Below the pieces are notes generated by a model that made no database searches, had not been told where the DNA came from, and worked only from the letters and a program-made list of their open reading frames with translations. A DNA stretch of 64,000 bases from positions 7,752,001-7,816,000 of the forward strand of contig NC_087245.1 of NCBI RefSeq assembly GCF_037042905.1, in the 5' to 3' direction. This DNA is from Lytechinus pictus (lineage: Eukaryota). This document shows positions 1 to 12,181 of this stretch, piece by piece (position 1 is the stretch's first letter; each line of letters begins with the position of its first letter). A program made the translations under genes and the position numbers.

Positions 1-844
1 GACTGGAAAAACCTACAGGAGAAGTCCTTCATTTCCATACCTGATACTTGTGATGTGATGTGATGGGGCATTTGTGCATCATAACACAAACTTGTTTTTA
101 TATTTTTTTTCCGATGAAATGTAAATATAAAGAAAATGAGTTATGTAACTACAACTACATTGTAGGCCTGTATTGAGTCAGGATAACCTGGTACATGTAT
201 GTATGTGATGAGTCAATACCGAGAAATACAGTTGATTATTTTAGGTTGTTTAAAGAACTAGGCCTATCTCTTTACATTATGTATCAAGACACTTGTCAGT
301 GTGATTGGGCCTGTAGGTAAATAAACAGGGAAGAAAATAGACTGTCCATATTTGCTCAGATATAGGCCTACTGTGTACAAGGTTGTAATTGCACTCAGCA
401 ACTTCCAAATCCAAATTGATGCTGGACCTGTAACATAATTGTTTATGTAGAATGGCAAATAGTTATGAAAGAACCACTCTGATTGGTCCCTGGTCGGTGC
501 TTTGAAAAAAGTCCACATATACAGTGATGATCTTGCGTCTTGTGTCCCAGAAAACATGGAAATGTACAGGTAATTCAGTGTATTTTTTTTGCTATCATGA
601 TCATACCGGTAATCATAATTTGCTTCATGTATATACATTACTGGGAAGATATTCCTCTCTTTTCATGACTGAGTTAGAACAATAGAAAGTGATCAATGCA
701 ACCAAAGTTTCATTTGCACAAGCAAATTCTGATTTTGAGTGTTCTTTTTCTGGCTTTTGCTGCTATCTATTCGTAAACAAAGTTCACAATGTAAACGTAA
801 TACTTTTTTTGTTAGGTATGAGACTTTAAGTGTAAGTTATGCAT

Positions 845-1220
845 GGTCAAGAAAAAGTTGCATGAAAACATGCTAAAATGTCAAGTTCATCCCAGAAAAA
901 TGTTGCTTTGAATAACTATAACAATCAAACAAACCTGTACCTATTTGAAAACACTGAAAATTTCATCAAAATTGGATGTAAAATAAGAAAGTTTATATGA
1001 CATTTTCAAATTTTGCTTATTTTTCACAGCACAACACAGTGATAAGAGAGTCAAATTATGTCCCTACGTGTAACTCACTATTTCTTTTGCTTTTTTATTA
1101 TTTGAATTATAATACAATATTTCTATTCTTTTTTTATAGATTTGACAATAAGGACCAACTTGACCCAACCACAAAAGTAATTTTACATGTTCTGGGAGCA
1201 ATAAAACTTATTTTTACATG
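845..1220. mobile_element. Degenerate partial copy of Kolobok-like MITE family A
   Basis: Shares CACTGAAAATTTCATCAAA..GGATGTAAAATAAGAAAGTT and GACAATAAGGACCAACTTGAC blocks with the family A copies at 7094 and 46086. Confidence 0.6.
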
Positions 1221-1519
1221 ACAGAGAAAAAAAAGAGAAAAAAGTTCAAAACAGAAAGAGAAGGGGGTTGGAAGTCTTATCAATTTAGAAAAAATACTGT
1301 TACTCAGTTAGTACATTATAAGGGAAAGATGTCTTTATAACAGTGCATTGAGTAATAATAGTAAACAATACCAACTTTGTCTGTGTGTGAATTGAGAAAG
1401 AACCAAAACTACAAAATGATACTTATTATATTATGCTGTCAATGTACATGTATCTGTAAGCAAGGCGAAATGAGGTCAATATGTTAATCAATTCTAAATT
1501 GTGCTGGACCTGTACAAAG

Positions 1520-2272
1520 GGCTTGTATTCAGGTCAATGTTAAAGTTTTATATGTGCAAGACTTTCTTATGGCACATAACTCTGCAACCGTTAGTCACTT
1601 TTCAACCAAGCTTGGAAGGTAGATGTACCTAGGATACCTGCATATTATGCTCCAGTCGGAGGTCACATGGTAAGGTCAAAGGTCATTTTCAGGTGAACGT
1701 TAATAGTTTGTGCAAGACTCTCTTATGACACATAACTCCACAACCGTAAGTCACTTTCCAACCAAACTTGGAAGGTACAGTAGATGTACATGTACAGGGG
1801 ACCTGCATGTTATGCTCCAGTCAGAGGTCACATGGTAAGGTCAGAGGTCATTTTCAAGTCAACATAAAAGTTTACGTGCAAGATTATTACACATACAGTA
1901 ACTCCGCAACCGTAATTAATTTTTCACCCAAACTTGAGTTGTAGATGTACTTAGGAGACCTGCATATCATGGCGCAGTCAGAGGTCCCATGGTATACAGG
2001 TCAAAGGTCATTTTGAGGTCATTGTTATGACATAACGCTGCAACCATAAGTCACTTTTGAACCAAACTTAGGTTGTACAGTATGTAGCTGTACTTGGGAG
2101 ACCTGCATGTTATTGTGTTAATAGGTCACATGGTAATTAAGGTCAAAGGTCATTTTGAGGTCAATATTAAAGTTTACATGCAAGACTCTTCTAGCTATTC
2201 CATCTCAGTTATTTTACAATGAACTGTTGATACACTTTCATAAGTGGGCGAGACACAACATCGCTTATGCCT
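1520..2272 (+). mobile_element. Helentron-associated (HINE/DINE-1-like) element family H2, 5'-truncated, about 4.5 units of ~150 bp
   Basis: Tandem unit ...GGTCACATGGTAAGGTCAAAGGTCATTTTCAGGTCAACGTTAAAGTTT...; 3' end CATAAGTGGGCGAGACAC..GCCTTG as in copy 57941-58599. Confidence 0.75.
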
Positions 2273-2981
2273 TGCGCTACAAATCATTTTTCAGTAATAC
2301 ATTTTTAGCCTGATACTACAGTGTAGATAGATAAGAAGTAACAAATTAAAAACTTTATTTTTTTATACAATGCTGTTTCAACAAACAGTATTGTATGAAA
2401 ATTTCAACACAGTTTTTTTTATGTGAACAGGCCTTCATCTTCAGAACTATTCAGAAAATTCCTCCCTTTGACATAACTTTAAACCATAGAGCTCTATGAT
2501 TAAACAAAACTATAATTATTCATGCGAGATAGCATAGCTACCAAGCAAGATTTGCTACATGTTTTTAGAGGGAAATGACTAGGCCTTTTATGAAACTGTT
2601 TGGACATTTCAATGGAAGTTTTGTGATATTAATATTATCCTCTAAAAAATTATCACTTTGCATTCCTGTCTACAATGGAGGGTAACAAAAGAGGGAGAAA
2701 TTTATATGTTTCAGTATTGTATTTACATTTAGATTCACAGTGTTGATATTTAATGATCCTAACACAAAATTTTCTCTACTTTTTTGCAAAATTTAAAGAT
2801 GAGATTAAATCTAGCCTTTTTTTATTCATTAATTTTTTTTGTTTTGTTTAGATAATTCCTTTGGGATTTTACATGTACCATGGTGAGTTTATTATGGTGG
2901 GGCAGGGAGGGGAGGATGGTGTGGGGAAGGAGGGGACATGATTATTTTTTGTGTGTGGGATGTGTGGGTGTGTTTTTGTTG

Positions 2982-3690
2982 TTGTCTCGCTTGCATACAT
3001 GTACATGTAGCAGAGGGATACTACATGTATAGGCGCCCCTTTTCCAATGGCATTGGCGTCGTCAACATCAAATCTTAACCTAAGCAGGTCAAGTTTTTGA
3101 AATGACATAACTTTTAAAGTATATGGACCTAGTTTATGAAACCTGGAAATTGGGTCAATCAAGTTTTCCTGAACATATTGCCTTAGTTTCAGGTCACATG
3201 ACCAAGGTGAAAGGTCATTTAGGGTCGATCAACTTAGACCATGTTGGGGAAATCAACATCGCAATCTTAACCAAGGTTAAGTTTTTGAAATGCCATCATA
3301 ACTTAAAAAGTATATGTATAATGAAGTATTACTGAATATCCTGCCTGAATTTCAGGTCACATGACCAATGTCAAAGGTCATTTAGGGTCACAGAACTTTG
3401 GCCAAGTTGGGGGTATTTGTTGAATTATTATTATTGAACTTTCTTTGAAAGTTTATTGATATAATTATAAAATGTGGACATACATGTAAGGGTAATTAAG
3501 TATCACTGACAAGTCTTAGGTCACATGATCAAGGTCAAATGTCATTAAGGGTCAATGAAAATAGTATTGTATTATTATATGAATGGTGTTTTTTCATTTT
3601 GTGAATTATTATTTTAGTTTTCAAAGTCAGCACTGCTGCTATATTCAAAATCGCGTAATGCAGGCGAGAATACCAGAGGCACTCCAATTG
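2982..3690 (+). mobile_element. HINE-like element family H1, diverged copy
   Basis: 5' GTCTCGCTTGCA and 3' TGCAGGCGAGA subterminal inverted repeat; internal AGGTCACATGACCAAGGTCAAAGGTCATTTAGGGTC-type units. Confidence 0.75.
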
Positions 3691-5928
3691 TTTTTATTTC
3701 TTTATTGTCTCTCTCATATTTCAAAATTTCTTCCAGTGAAAATTTTGGAAAAATGAATGGATCAATTGAATTAATTTAATATGAATTTATATGTTTATGA
3801 CTCATTTTACTGGTACCTTGATCTATCTATGAAGTTATGAAGTTATTATAATATGATGTATTATGTAGAAATTATGGCATTTATGAAGTCAGTTTATGTT
3901 TGTTTGGGTAAGAGTGGTAATAAGCATTTTCCAGGTCTTAAAGGCTTAAGCATTCAAGATATTGTTTCCTCAATATTTGGTAATATTGGAGGGGTTCTCA
4001 AGAAATATTTCAAACAGAATTGTTTGAACAGAAAAGTCAATTTGGTAGGTGATCAAAATGCGTACTAAGCAATTGACTACCACCAAAAGTGATAGCTGAG
4101 ATGTGTATAACATGCTCATATCATCTTGACAGGGTGTGTACTAGTTTACATCACACTAATTCTTCTTTATTGCAATAATTATCATCAAATGTCCTATTAC
4201 GGTACTCTTGTAAAATACAGATATTCACACTTGAGGAATAATTTTTGGTGTTGTTTGTTATGTTATGTTATGTTTTTTGATGAATTTTTTCCCCTTGTAT
4301 TTCAGCGCTTTACTTTGTTAAATTGGTTAAAAATTACATAGGTAGGTAAGGGCACAACTGGTCTTCGGGTAGCCATTTTCCCGGGAGTAACTAGTGTTGG
4401 TATACATGTTGGGTTTGCTGCTGAGTGCACATGGCGTCTAGAAATGGTAATGTTTAGCATGAAACGTGTGACCCCACTGAGAGCAAGCCCATGGCAAGAC
4501 CAATACCTAAAGTGGGTTCTGGAAAACATTGTACATGTAGGGGAATGCTAGCAAACTGATCTTCAAAACAGGTTTTAAAACTGGTTTAAGGGAAACCAGT
4601 TCAAGAAAGTAGGAGATTGAAACGCGATCTGAAAAATCACAAAAAACTTGGGATTCACAGGGTACAGATTTCTTAGCGTATTTTTATGGTCTGAATAGCA
4701 AGTATGATATTCTGGTTTAAGAAGTGGAGTGATAATTTTGCAATCTTCTTATAGAGTTAAAATAAACACCACCAAATTTAGCAAAGATGAAAGTAAAGTG
4801 AGTCAGGTAAGATGCGAATCCTTGAAATACCAGATCCAAAGGATCAACATACAAATTGGAAATTTATCAAGAGCCAAGGACCTTATTGCTACATGTATAC
4901 TGTACATTAGCAACATATCTACTTAAAATGAAATGTATTTTACACATGTTTCTATGTGTGGACTTCATTAATTTTGTGTTTTGAGGATCTTCGATAGTTT
5001 GATTCTTGCTGTGTGTGAGTGGATGATAAGTACAGAAATTTATTGAAAAGAAGAGAAGATTTTTTTTTTAGAAATAAAAGAAGGTTGTGTCTTTACTGTA
5101 CAAGTTCAAATAACTGTTAAAGTACTACATGCCATATGGAAAATCTCAATTTATATATTTGATTTTCATAATTCTACTTCAAGGTTCTACCAATAATCCA
5201 AATCCAGACAGAACTGATTTCCAATTTACTGAAATAATATTCCTTACCATAATGCATAAAGACACCTACATGTACATCTACATGTAGTATGGGTAACTTT
5301 CTTCCCTGATTTTCTTGAAAAATATTTTTTCAGGTACATGTATTAGCAGTTACATGGCACTTCTCCATTGTAACATACATGTATAAAACATCCCCAACAC
5401 CCACAAACACGCACACACATCCACTCATGTACATGAAGGCCTTCAACCTTTTAATAAAGAATGCAATTATGACAGCTTAATTTTTATGTAATTTAATCTA
5501 AACTATTTTCTTACTTTCTTATGCTCTAGATGTATGTTTGTGTTCATGTTCTATACTCATGCTACTGTATTATGTTACCAGCACCACAAAACCCACAAAA
5601 AGTGTGATCTGTATTATTTTTAATTGGAGCAAATTGAGAGTACATGTATTTTGGTCAGAATGTTCAAATTATAAAAAAAATGGATACATGTGTGCCAATC
5701 AAATGTAAAGTGTAGTTTTTGAGTTTTTATATTAGAACTATTTTTGTCTTTTTTAGTTAATTGTAGGTCATATTTTGTTTTCACGAAAACCTGAATATTC
5801 ATCTAAACCCCTATAAATTTGTTCTAACATTGGTACTTGTTCAAACTAATGGACAGAATGTACGTAATTATATGGTTTGTGAACTTTGGGGTCAATCTGA
5901 TAATTCCTTCTATTGAAATTCTATTGAT

Positions 5929-6896
5929 TTTTGTCTCACCTGCATAGCAGAGTGAGACTATAGGCGCCGCTTTTCCGACGGCGACGGCGACGGCGGCGGC
6001 GGCGGCGGCGTCAACACCAAATCTTAACCTGAGGTTAAGTTTTTGAAATGACAGCATAACTTAGAAAGTATATGGACCTAGTTCATGAAACTTGGCCATA
6101 AGGTTAATCAAGTATTACTGAACATCCTGCCTGAGTTTCATGTCACATGACCAAGGTCAAAGGTCATTTAGGGTCAATGAACTTAGACCATGTTGGGGGA
6201 ATCAACATCAAAATCTTAACCTAAGGTTAAGTTTTTGAAATGTCATCATTACTTAGAAAATATATGGACCTAGTTCATGAAACTTATACATAAGGTTAAT
6301 CAAGTATCACTGAACATCCTGCATGAGTTTCACATCACATGACCAAGGTCAAAGGTCATTTAGGGTCAATGAACTTTGGCCGAATTGGGGGTATCTGTTG
6401 AATTACCATCATAACTTTGAACGTTTATGGATCTGATTCATGAAACTTGGACATAATAGTAATCAAGTATTACTGAACATCCTGTGCAAGTTTCAGGTCA
6501 CATGATCAAGGTCAAAGGTCATTTAGGGTCAATGAACTTTGGCCAAATTGGGGTATTTGTTGAATTACAGCCATAAATTTGAAAGTGTGTTGGTCTAGTT
6601 CATAAAACTTGGACATAATAGTAATCAAGTATCACTGAACATCCTGTGCGAGTTTCAGGTCACATGATCAAGGTCAAAGGTCATGTAAGGTCAAAGAACT
6701 TTGGCCGCGTTGGGGGTATTTGTTGAATTGCCATCATATCTCTATAAGAGTATTGGTCTAGTTCATAAAACGTGGAAATAAGAGTAACCAAGTATCACTG
6801 AACATCTTGTGCAAGTTATAGTAGTTTTCAAAATCAGCACTGCTGCTATATTGAATCGCGTGATGCAGGTGAGACGGCCAGAGGCATTCCACTTGT
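5929..6896 (+). mobile_element. HINE-like element family H1, full length
   Basis: T-run; 5' GTCTCACCTGCA with local hairpin (..GTGAGAC); (CGG)n microsatellite; ~160-190 bp tandem units; 3' TGCAGGTGAGAC followed by GGCCAGAGGCATTCCACTTGTT. Layout matches DINE-1/pearl-type elements. Confidence 0.82.
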
Positions 6897-7093
6897 TAAT
6901 TTTCCTTTTGTCTACAAATTTAATGGAAGAGTAGGCCTAAGTGCTCTTCAATAGACTACATGTAGTAATTCCCCCTTTTGTCATTCTCATGAACATTCTC
7001 CTCTTTCTTGAGTGGGTTAGGATAAGGATCAATTATTGTTATATATCATTATAAAGCTTAGAATCAATCTCCTATTTCAGAAGGGCTATTTAA

Positions 7094-7692
7094 AGGACAA
7101 GTCCACCCCAACAAAAAGTTGATTTGAATAAAAAGAGAACAATCCAACAAACATAACACTGAAAATTTAATAAAAATCGGATGTAAAATAAGAAAGTTAT
7201 GACATTTTAAAGTTTTGCTTAATTTCACAAAACAGTTATAACTGTATGTACATCCTGTTGGGTATGCAAATGAGGAGACTGATGACATCATCCACTCACT
7301 ATTTCTTTTGTATTTTATTATATAAAATAGGGATTATCCTATTTTTCTCCTCCTTGTCAAGTGATACAACGATCAATTCCTCCCTGAACATGTGGAATGG
7401 GCATTGTTTAATACTATATGATTCAGTCAAGTTGGTCCTTATTCTCAAATCTATAAAAAATGAAATATTGTATAATTCAAACAATAAAAAACAAAAGAAA
7501 TAGTGAGTGAGGGACATCATCGACTGTCTCATTTGAGTTGTGCATATCACTGTTTTGTGAAAAATAAGCAAAACTTTAAAATGTCATAACTTTCTTATTT
7601 TACATCAGATTTTGATGAAATTTTCAGCATTTTGCTAGTTTGATTTTTGTCTATTTATTCAAATCAACATTTTTGTGGGGTGGACTTGACCT
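7094..7692. mobile_element. Kolobok-like palindromic MITE family A
   Basis: TTAA at 7090-7093 and 7693-7696; ends AGGACAAGTCCACCCCA / TGGGGTGGACTTGACCT; long imperfect inverted arms; further copies at 44663 and 46086. Confidence 0.85.
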
Positions 7693-7696
7693 TTAA

Positions 7697-8281
7697 AGGA
7701 GAATGAAACCCTTGAAACCAGCTGAATCCATATCAAAGAGAAAAATCAAAGAAACATATTGTTGAAAGTTTGAGGAAGATTGAATGAATAGTAAGAAAGT
7801 TATGAGCATTTGAATATTGAGATCACTAATGCCATGTAGTTCCTCCAATTGGCAATGCGACCAAGATCTGTGATGTCACACACGTACAACTCCCTCATTA
7901 CTTTAGTACTTATTTCACTTATATTCTCGCTTTTATAGAGTCTTATCACAAGGTGAGGTGTTCTCTTTATGAGAGGACAAGTACAGAGGTTTCACAACAT
8001 CATATCATTAATGAATCGTTTGTCATATGATTAGAATGAGCAAAAAGAGATGTTTTGGGGTATATTTTCAGTGTCCAAAAGGGGAGAGTTGTTCATCTGT
8101 GACATCATAGAACTTGGTCGCATTGCCAATGGGAGGATCTCCATAGCATTAGTGATCTCGGCATTCAAATGCTCATAACTCTTCTATTGCTAGTCCTATT
8201 TTACTCCAACTTTTGTTGATCTTATTCTTTGATTTTTCTGCTTTCACAAAAGCTAACTTGCTCCAATAGTTTCATTCTCCT
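7697..8281. mobile_element. Kolobok-like palindromic MITE family B
   Basis: TTAA at 7693-7696 and 8282-8285; ends AGGAGAATGAAAC / GTTTCATTCTCCT; internal inverted blocks (TTGGCAATGCGACCAAG / CTTGGTCGCATTGCCAA). Confidence 0.82.
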
Positions 8282-10919
8282 TTAACTAACATTTCATTCC
8301 TGATGACTTTAAGTGAGTTTTGTGGTGCCTGGTCACATATGTATTTTTTCATGTATGGTTGAAATTGAAATAGAAGTTTTGAGGAATAGAATTTGGAGAA
8401 AAGTAAACTCGACTGAATAAAAATGGATAATGAAACAACAAATTTGGTTGGGTTTACCCCCACCTTATTGACAAGATGAAGCTGCTTTGGTTTTCATTGG
8501 TAAACTCTCGACCTGTTAAGAATCAAATTTAAACATTGTATGATTCATTTCTTTCATTCTGAATTTACAAACAGAGTGGTAAGGGACCTAGATATTAACA
8601 ACATGAGAGTCATTAACTCAAGCCCACATCTAGATAATAAAAATCACAATGTCTGCCCTGCTTTTTTTTATTGTAATGAAATTATGAATATTGGGTTCAT
8701 AAAAATGAGGTTTCATGCTGGTAGTTTTATTAGTTGGATGATGATAACTGACAGAAATTGAGAAGTTGTTGAATATTTGTAGAATGAAGTTAGTGCACAT
8801 GATGTACATCTGTAAAGAAAAAAAAATCTTATTTTTTGTGAATTTTATAAATAAGAACTCAGATTTGAATGGAGGATAAAATCAAACTCTGACAATTTAA
8901 AATTGAGTGCAATACAGTACTGGTCATACATCATATTTCTCTTTATCATCCTTTATATATTCTTGTGGACATGGCCACACGTACATGTTTCGTGTCCAGT
9001 TTGGGTAAGATAGCATACAATAAATGAATCAAGGTTGGCTAGTTACACTATGGTTAGTTTGTCCTGGCTGAAATTATTGATAAAGGAAAAAAAGCATAAA
9101 TACAAATCATCCCTTTTTTATGTCATGAAAAGCAGATGAAAATTATAAATTTTCAAAGTATTGCATTATTTGAGTTAAAATGCATTATTTAAGTGAAATA
9201 GTCTTACATATATTAGTTGAAAATATTGTTTTATGAATATCTGCAAAATTCACATTTTCGATGCATTATTTTTGTTGTGAATTTAGTGATTTTGTGCTTT
9301 TTAGCTTACAACTTTAATCATAGCCAATGTGAATGAATGTCCTTGACCCAAACTTCCTGTATGATTTAAATCAGAACACCTTTTCCCCATAGTTTATTTC
9401 ATGCTCTACACTTATTTCTTTTGGCATGTTCAATTGGTTGATCTGAAAGTAAAAAAGAAATGCATTCTGATTTTCCACTTTTTTCTCACCTATACAAGTC
9501 TATTTTGCTTCAATCATATTTTTCCTACAAAATAATGTCAGAAGATTTGATGAAAAGTGCATTTCCCGAAATATCCAAATTAAATTCAACCTAATTTCAT
9601 TAATTTTGCCTTGCTTGACCCCTGACCTTTTGATAGCAGCGATGGATGGGCATGTATGATTAGGTCTACTCTCTCTCTCTTTCTAGGAGACAGCTTCAGT
9701 ATTATGCATAGTTTATTAGAATGTAGTCATGCCTCTGAACTATAGAGCATGGTCCAGAATGAAAATTACTCTGGGAAAGGTCACTGCTGAAATTAGAAGA
9801 AAGGGAAAAGATAGAGGATATTATAAATCTTATTGGAATTACCTTTTTCTACTTGTGCAATGTATACGTTGGCTATTCCAACTACATAGGGGAGGGGGGT
9901 AGGGTTTTCAGTGAATATGATGTATGAAGACTGAGATGTTTCCATTGTCTTGCTTACATGTGCACATGTAGCTTTATAGAATTTCTAGACATTACCAGTA
10001 CTGAATGAAATGATAAAACATCTTCAGTACATGTCTCATATTTATTTGAGATGCTTAGTACATATTTTTAGTTTTACATGAATTGACATGCACATGTAGG
10101 CCTACATGTACATGTACAGTAGTTGAGATAATCCAGATTCATGTATTAAACACCCATTTCACAAGATGACAAATTTCAGTGATCTTTGAGACTGCTGTAA
10201 GACCTTGCCAGTTTTTGGTCTTTCAGAAGTCCTTCAAATGTCTCTCCCTCTGTGGAATGGGGGCCTTACTCTTAGTCAACAACATACAGGTACAATGTAT
10301 GTACATGTTGATTTCTAATAGCAGATGCAAGAAAGCGATATTTGAGTTGTACATTAAATATACATGTACATACATTTGAAAATCCTATGCAGTGTATTAT
10401 CGATTGAAATTGCTAGGGAAACAACGCTTGAGCCTGTATACAGAAACAATGTAAAAGGTTGGTTCTAAGAGTGATAGCAATGATTTTAACCTTTATGTGT
10501 ACATAAACATAAAGAATATCAACTTTTTACTGAAAATGATTAAATCAATCTTATATACATGTACATACAGTATGTAATTTTAACACAGTTTATGAGGGTT
10601 ATCTTTCGCCAGTAGTTTGGCGTATACATGTAGATGGTGGGCATGGCCCACAGTCACCCCTCCCCCCCCCCCCATTTCATGACCAAGAAAAAAAGGAAAG
10701 GAAAAGGGATAAACGGTGATGTTACTTCTTAATATTACCTTTATGCCAAAAATCTGTCACAAAATTAGATTTTCATTTTTGAAAAGGTCAAAATTGTTGC
10801 TCGCTTGCTTGGGACTTTGTTTCAATAAAGTTGAACCTCTTCAAAATGGTTTTCACTAACTTCTCAAAATATCCTCCTGCTGAGCCGAGCTTTTATATTA
10901 ATAACTCAATAACTTTAGT

Positions 10920-11852
10920 CTGTTAAAATTCTTGATGTAATCATCTAATCCAATCTAAAATGGGACCTACAAATCATGGGAATCATCAAAAATTATAACA
11001 GAAAGTTGTTCATGGATGTTTAGACTTTAAAGCGATATTGGCTGTCTCTATCGAACCTGAAATTGGTTTACATGATTGGCTACGTCCTGTTACGGAATAT
11101 TGCACCCCAGTTTTTAATGGTGGGCTTACAATGAAGCATGTACAATAAGTTTAGAATAAATTAAAAAAGCTTGTAGAAACATGTTGGGCCCAAACTACAT
11201 GCACAGTACACAGATTATGCCAGTGCTTGCCTATCATGGGAAATTCCTACTCTTGAATACAGAAGGGAGAAACTCAGCCTGGATTTTGCAATGTCTTTAA
11301 CCAAATATCCAACATTTAGTGCCTGGTTACCTCCAAAAAACTTTACCACCAATCTCCGACATGCTCCTAGATATCAACAATATTACAAATGTAAAACAAA
11401 TAGATTTTGCAATAGCCCCATACCATATTTCATAGATCTCCTGAATAAAGACATGCCCAATTAATAAACCCACTACTCTTTTGAAAGCAATACCATAAAT
11501 ATGCCTACATTGTACTTGCAATAATAAACTTTTTTTAATGAATGAGGAAATCGACACTTTTATTCAATATCCATATATTTTAATGATCTTTTACAACTGG
11601 CTTATTTTCTTTTATTATTCTTAATTTACCACTTCCTCATTATCTTATGTACATTTATATTAATTTCCATTGCCTAAGTATTCTTGCCTTATTAACTATA
11701 GATACACATATTTCTCATGTCAGTTTTTACAAAGGTTACTGCTTTTTAATGTTTGAAATATGGAATGAGTCTTTTAATTGTTTGTACTTTGTATACATGA
11801 CCAATTCAGCAATTTAGCTGCAACTCATGTTTTTAATAAACCTTGAATTGAA
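10920..11852 (+). mobile_element. Degenerate 5'-truncated CR1/L2-type LINE (ORF2 C-terminus plus 3' UTR)
   Basis: Frameshifted translation KILDVII*SNLKWDLQI...RPVTEYCTPVFNGGLT...DYASACLSWEIPTLEYRREKLSLDFA resembles the post-RT region of CR1/L2 ORF2; ends AATAAACCTTGAATTGAATT. Confidence 0.75.
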
Positions 11853-12101
11853 TTTTGTAAAACAATAAGAATCACAGATGCTGTTTTGGGCTAGCATTTT
11901 TTTTTTTGCCATTTACACCATTGCAGTTTAAGTTGTATCAGACAACTTTGCTAATTACATACTATGTATTCATTGCATTATGAAATGATGTTCATCTCAT
12001 GCTTACACTTATTATGCTATTGTATGTATCAAACTTAGACCAAATTTAGCATTACTAACAGTAACATCCAGGATTTGATGTTTTCTTTCTTGTTTCTGCA
12101 G

Positions 12102-12181
12102 TTTGTAACTTTGTGAGCCATGATCGATGCACGGAAGCAGGTATTTCACCATGTGCAACAATAGCAGCAGATAGGATAAAG
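12102..12181 (+). CDS. DGKQ: DGK-theta exon: end of first C1 domain (VCNFVSHDRCTEAGISPCATIAADRIK)
   Basis: Pyrimidine tract and ctgcag acceptor; AAG|gtatga donor; CxxxxHxxC...C spacing of a C1 zinc finger; phase 1 to 0, in frame with the next exon. Confidence 0.9.

Noticed and set aside
264..638. 124-aa minus-strand ORF
   Set aside because: No recognisable domain or splice context; consistent with chance
4476..4620. Similarity to 24327-24500 (ACTGAGAGC..GGCAAGA..AAACCAGTTCA.AAAGTAG)
   Set aside because: Probably a decayed dispersed repeat; boundaries and class cannot be supported
1..12101. First DGK-theta coding exon (N-terminal part of C1A)
   Set aside because: I found no HxF...CxxC...WG...GxxC-coding segment with a phase-1 donor; it is presumably upstream of the window
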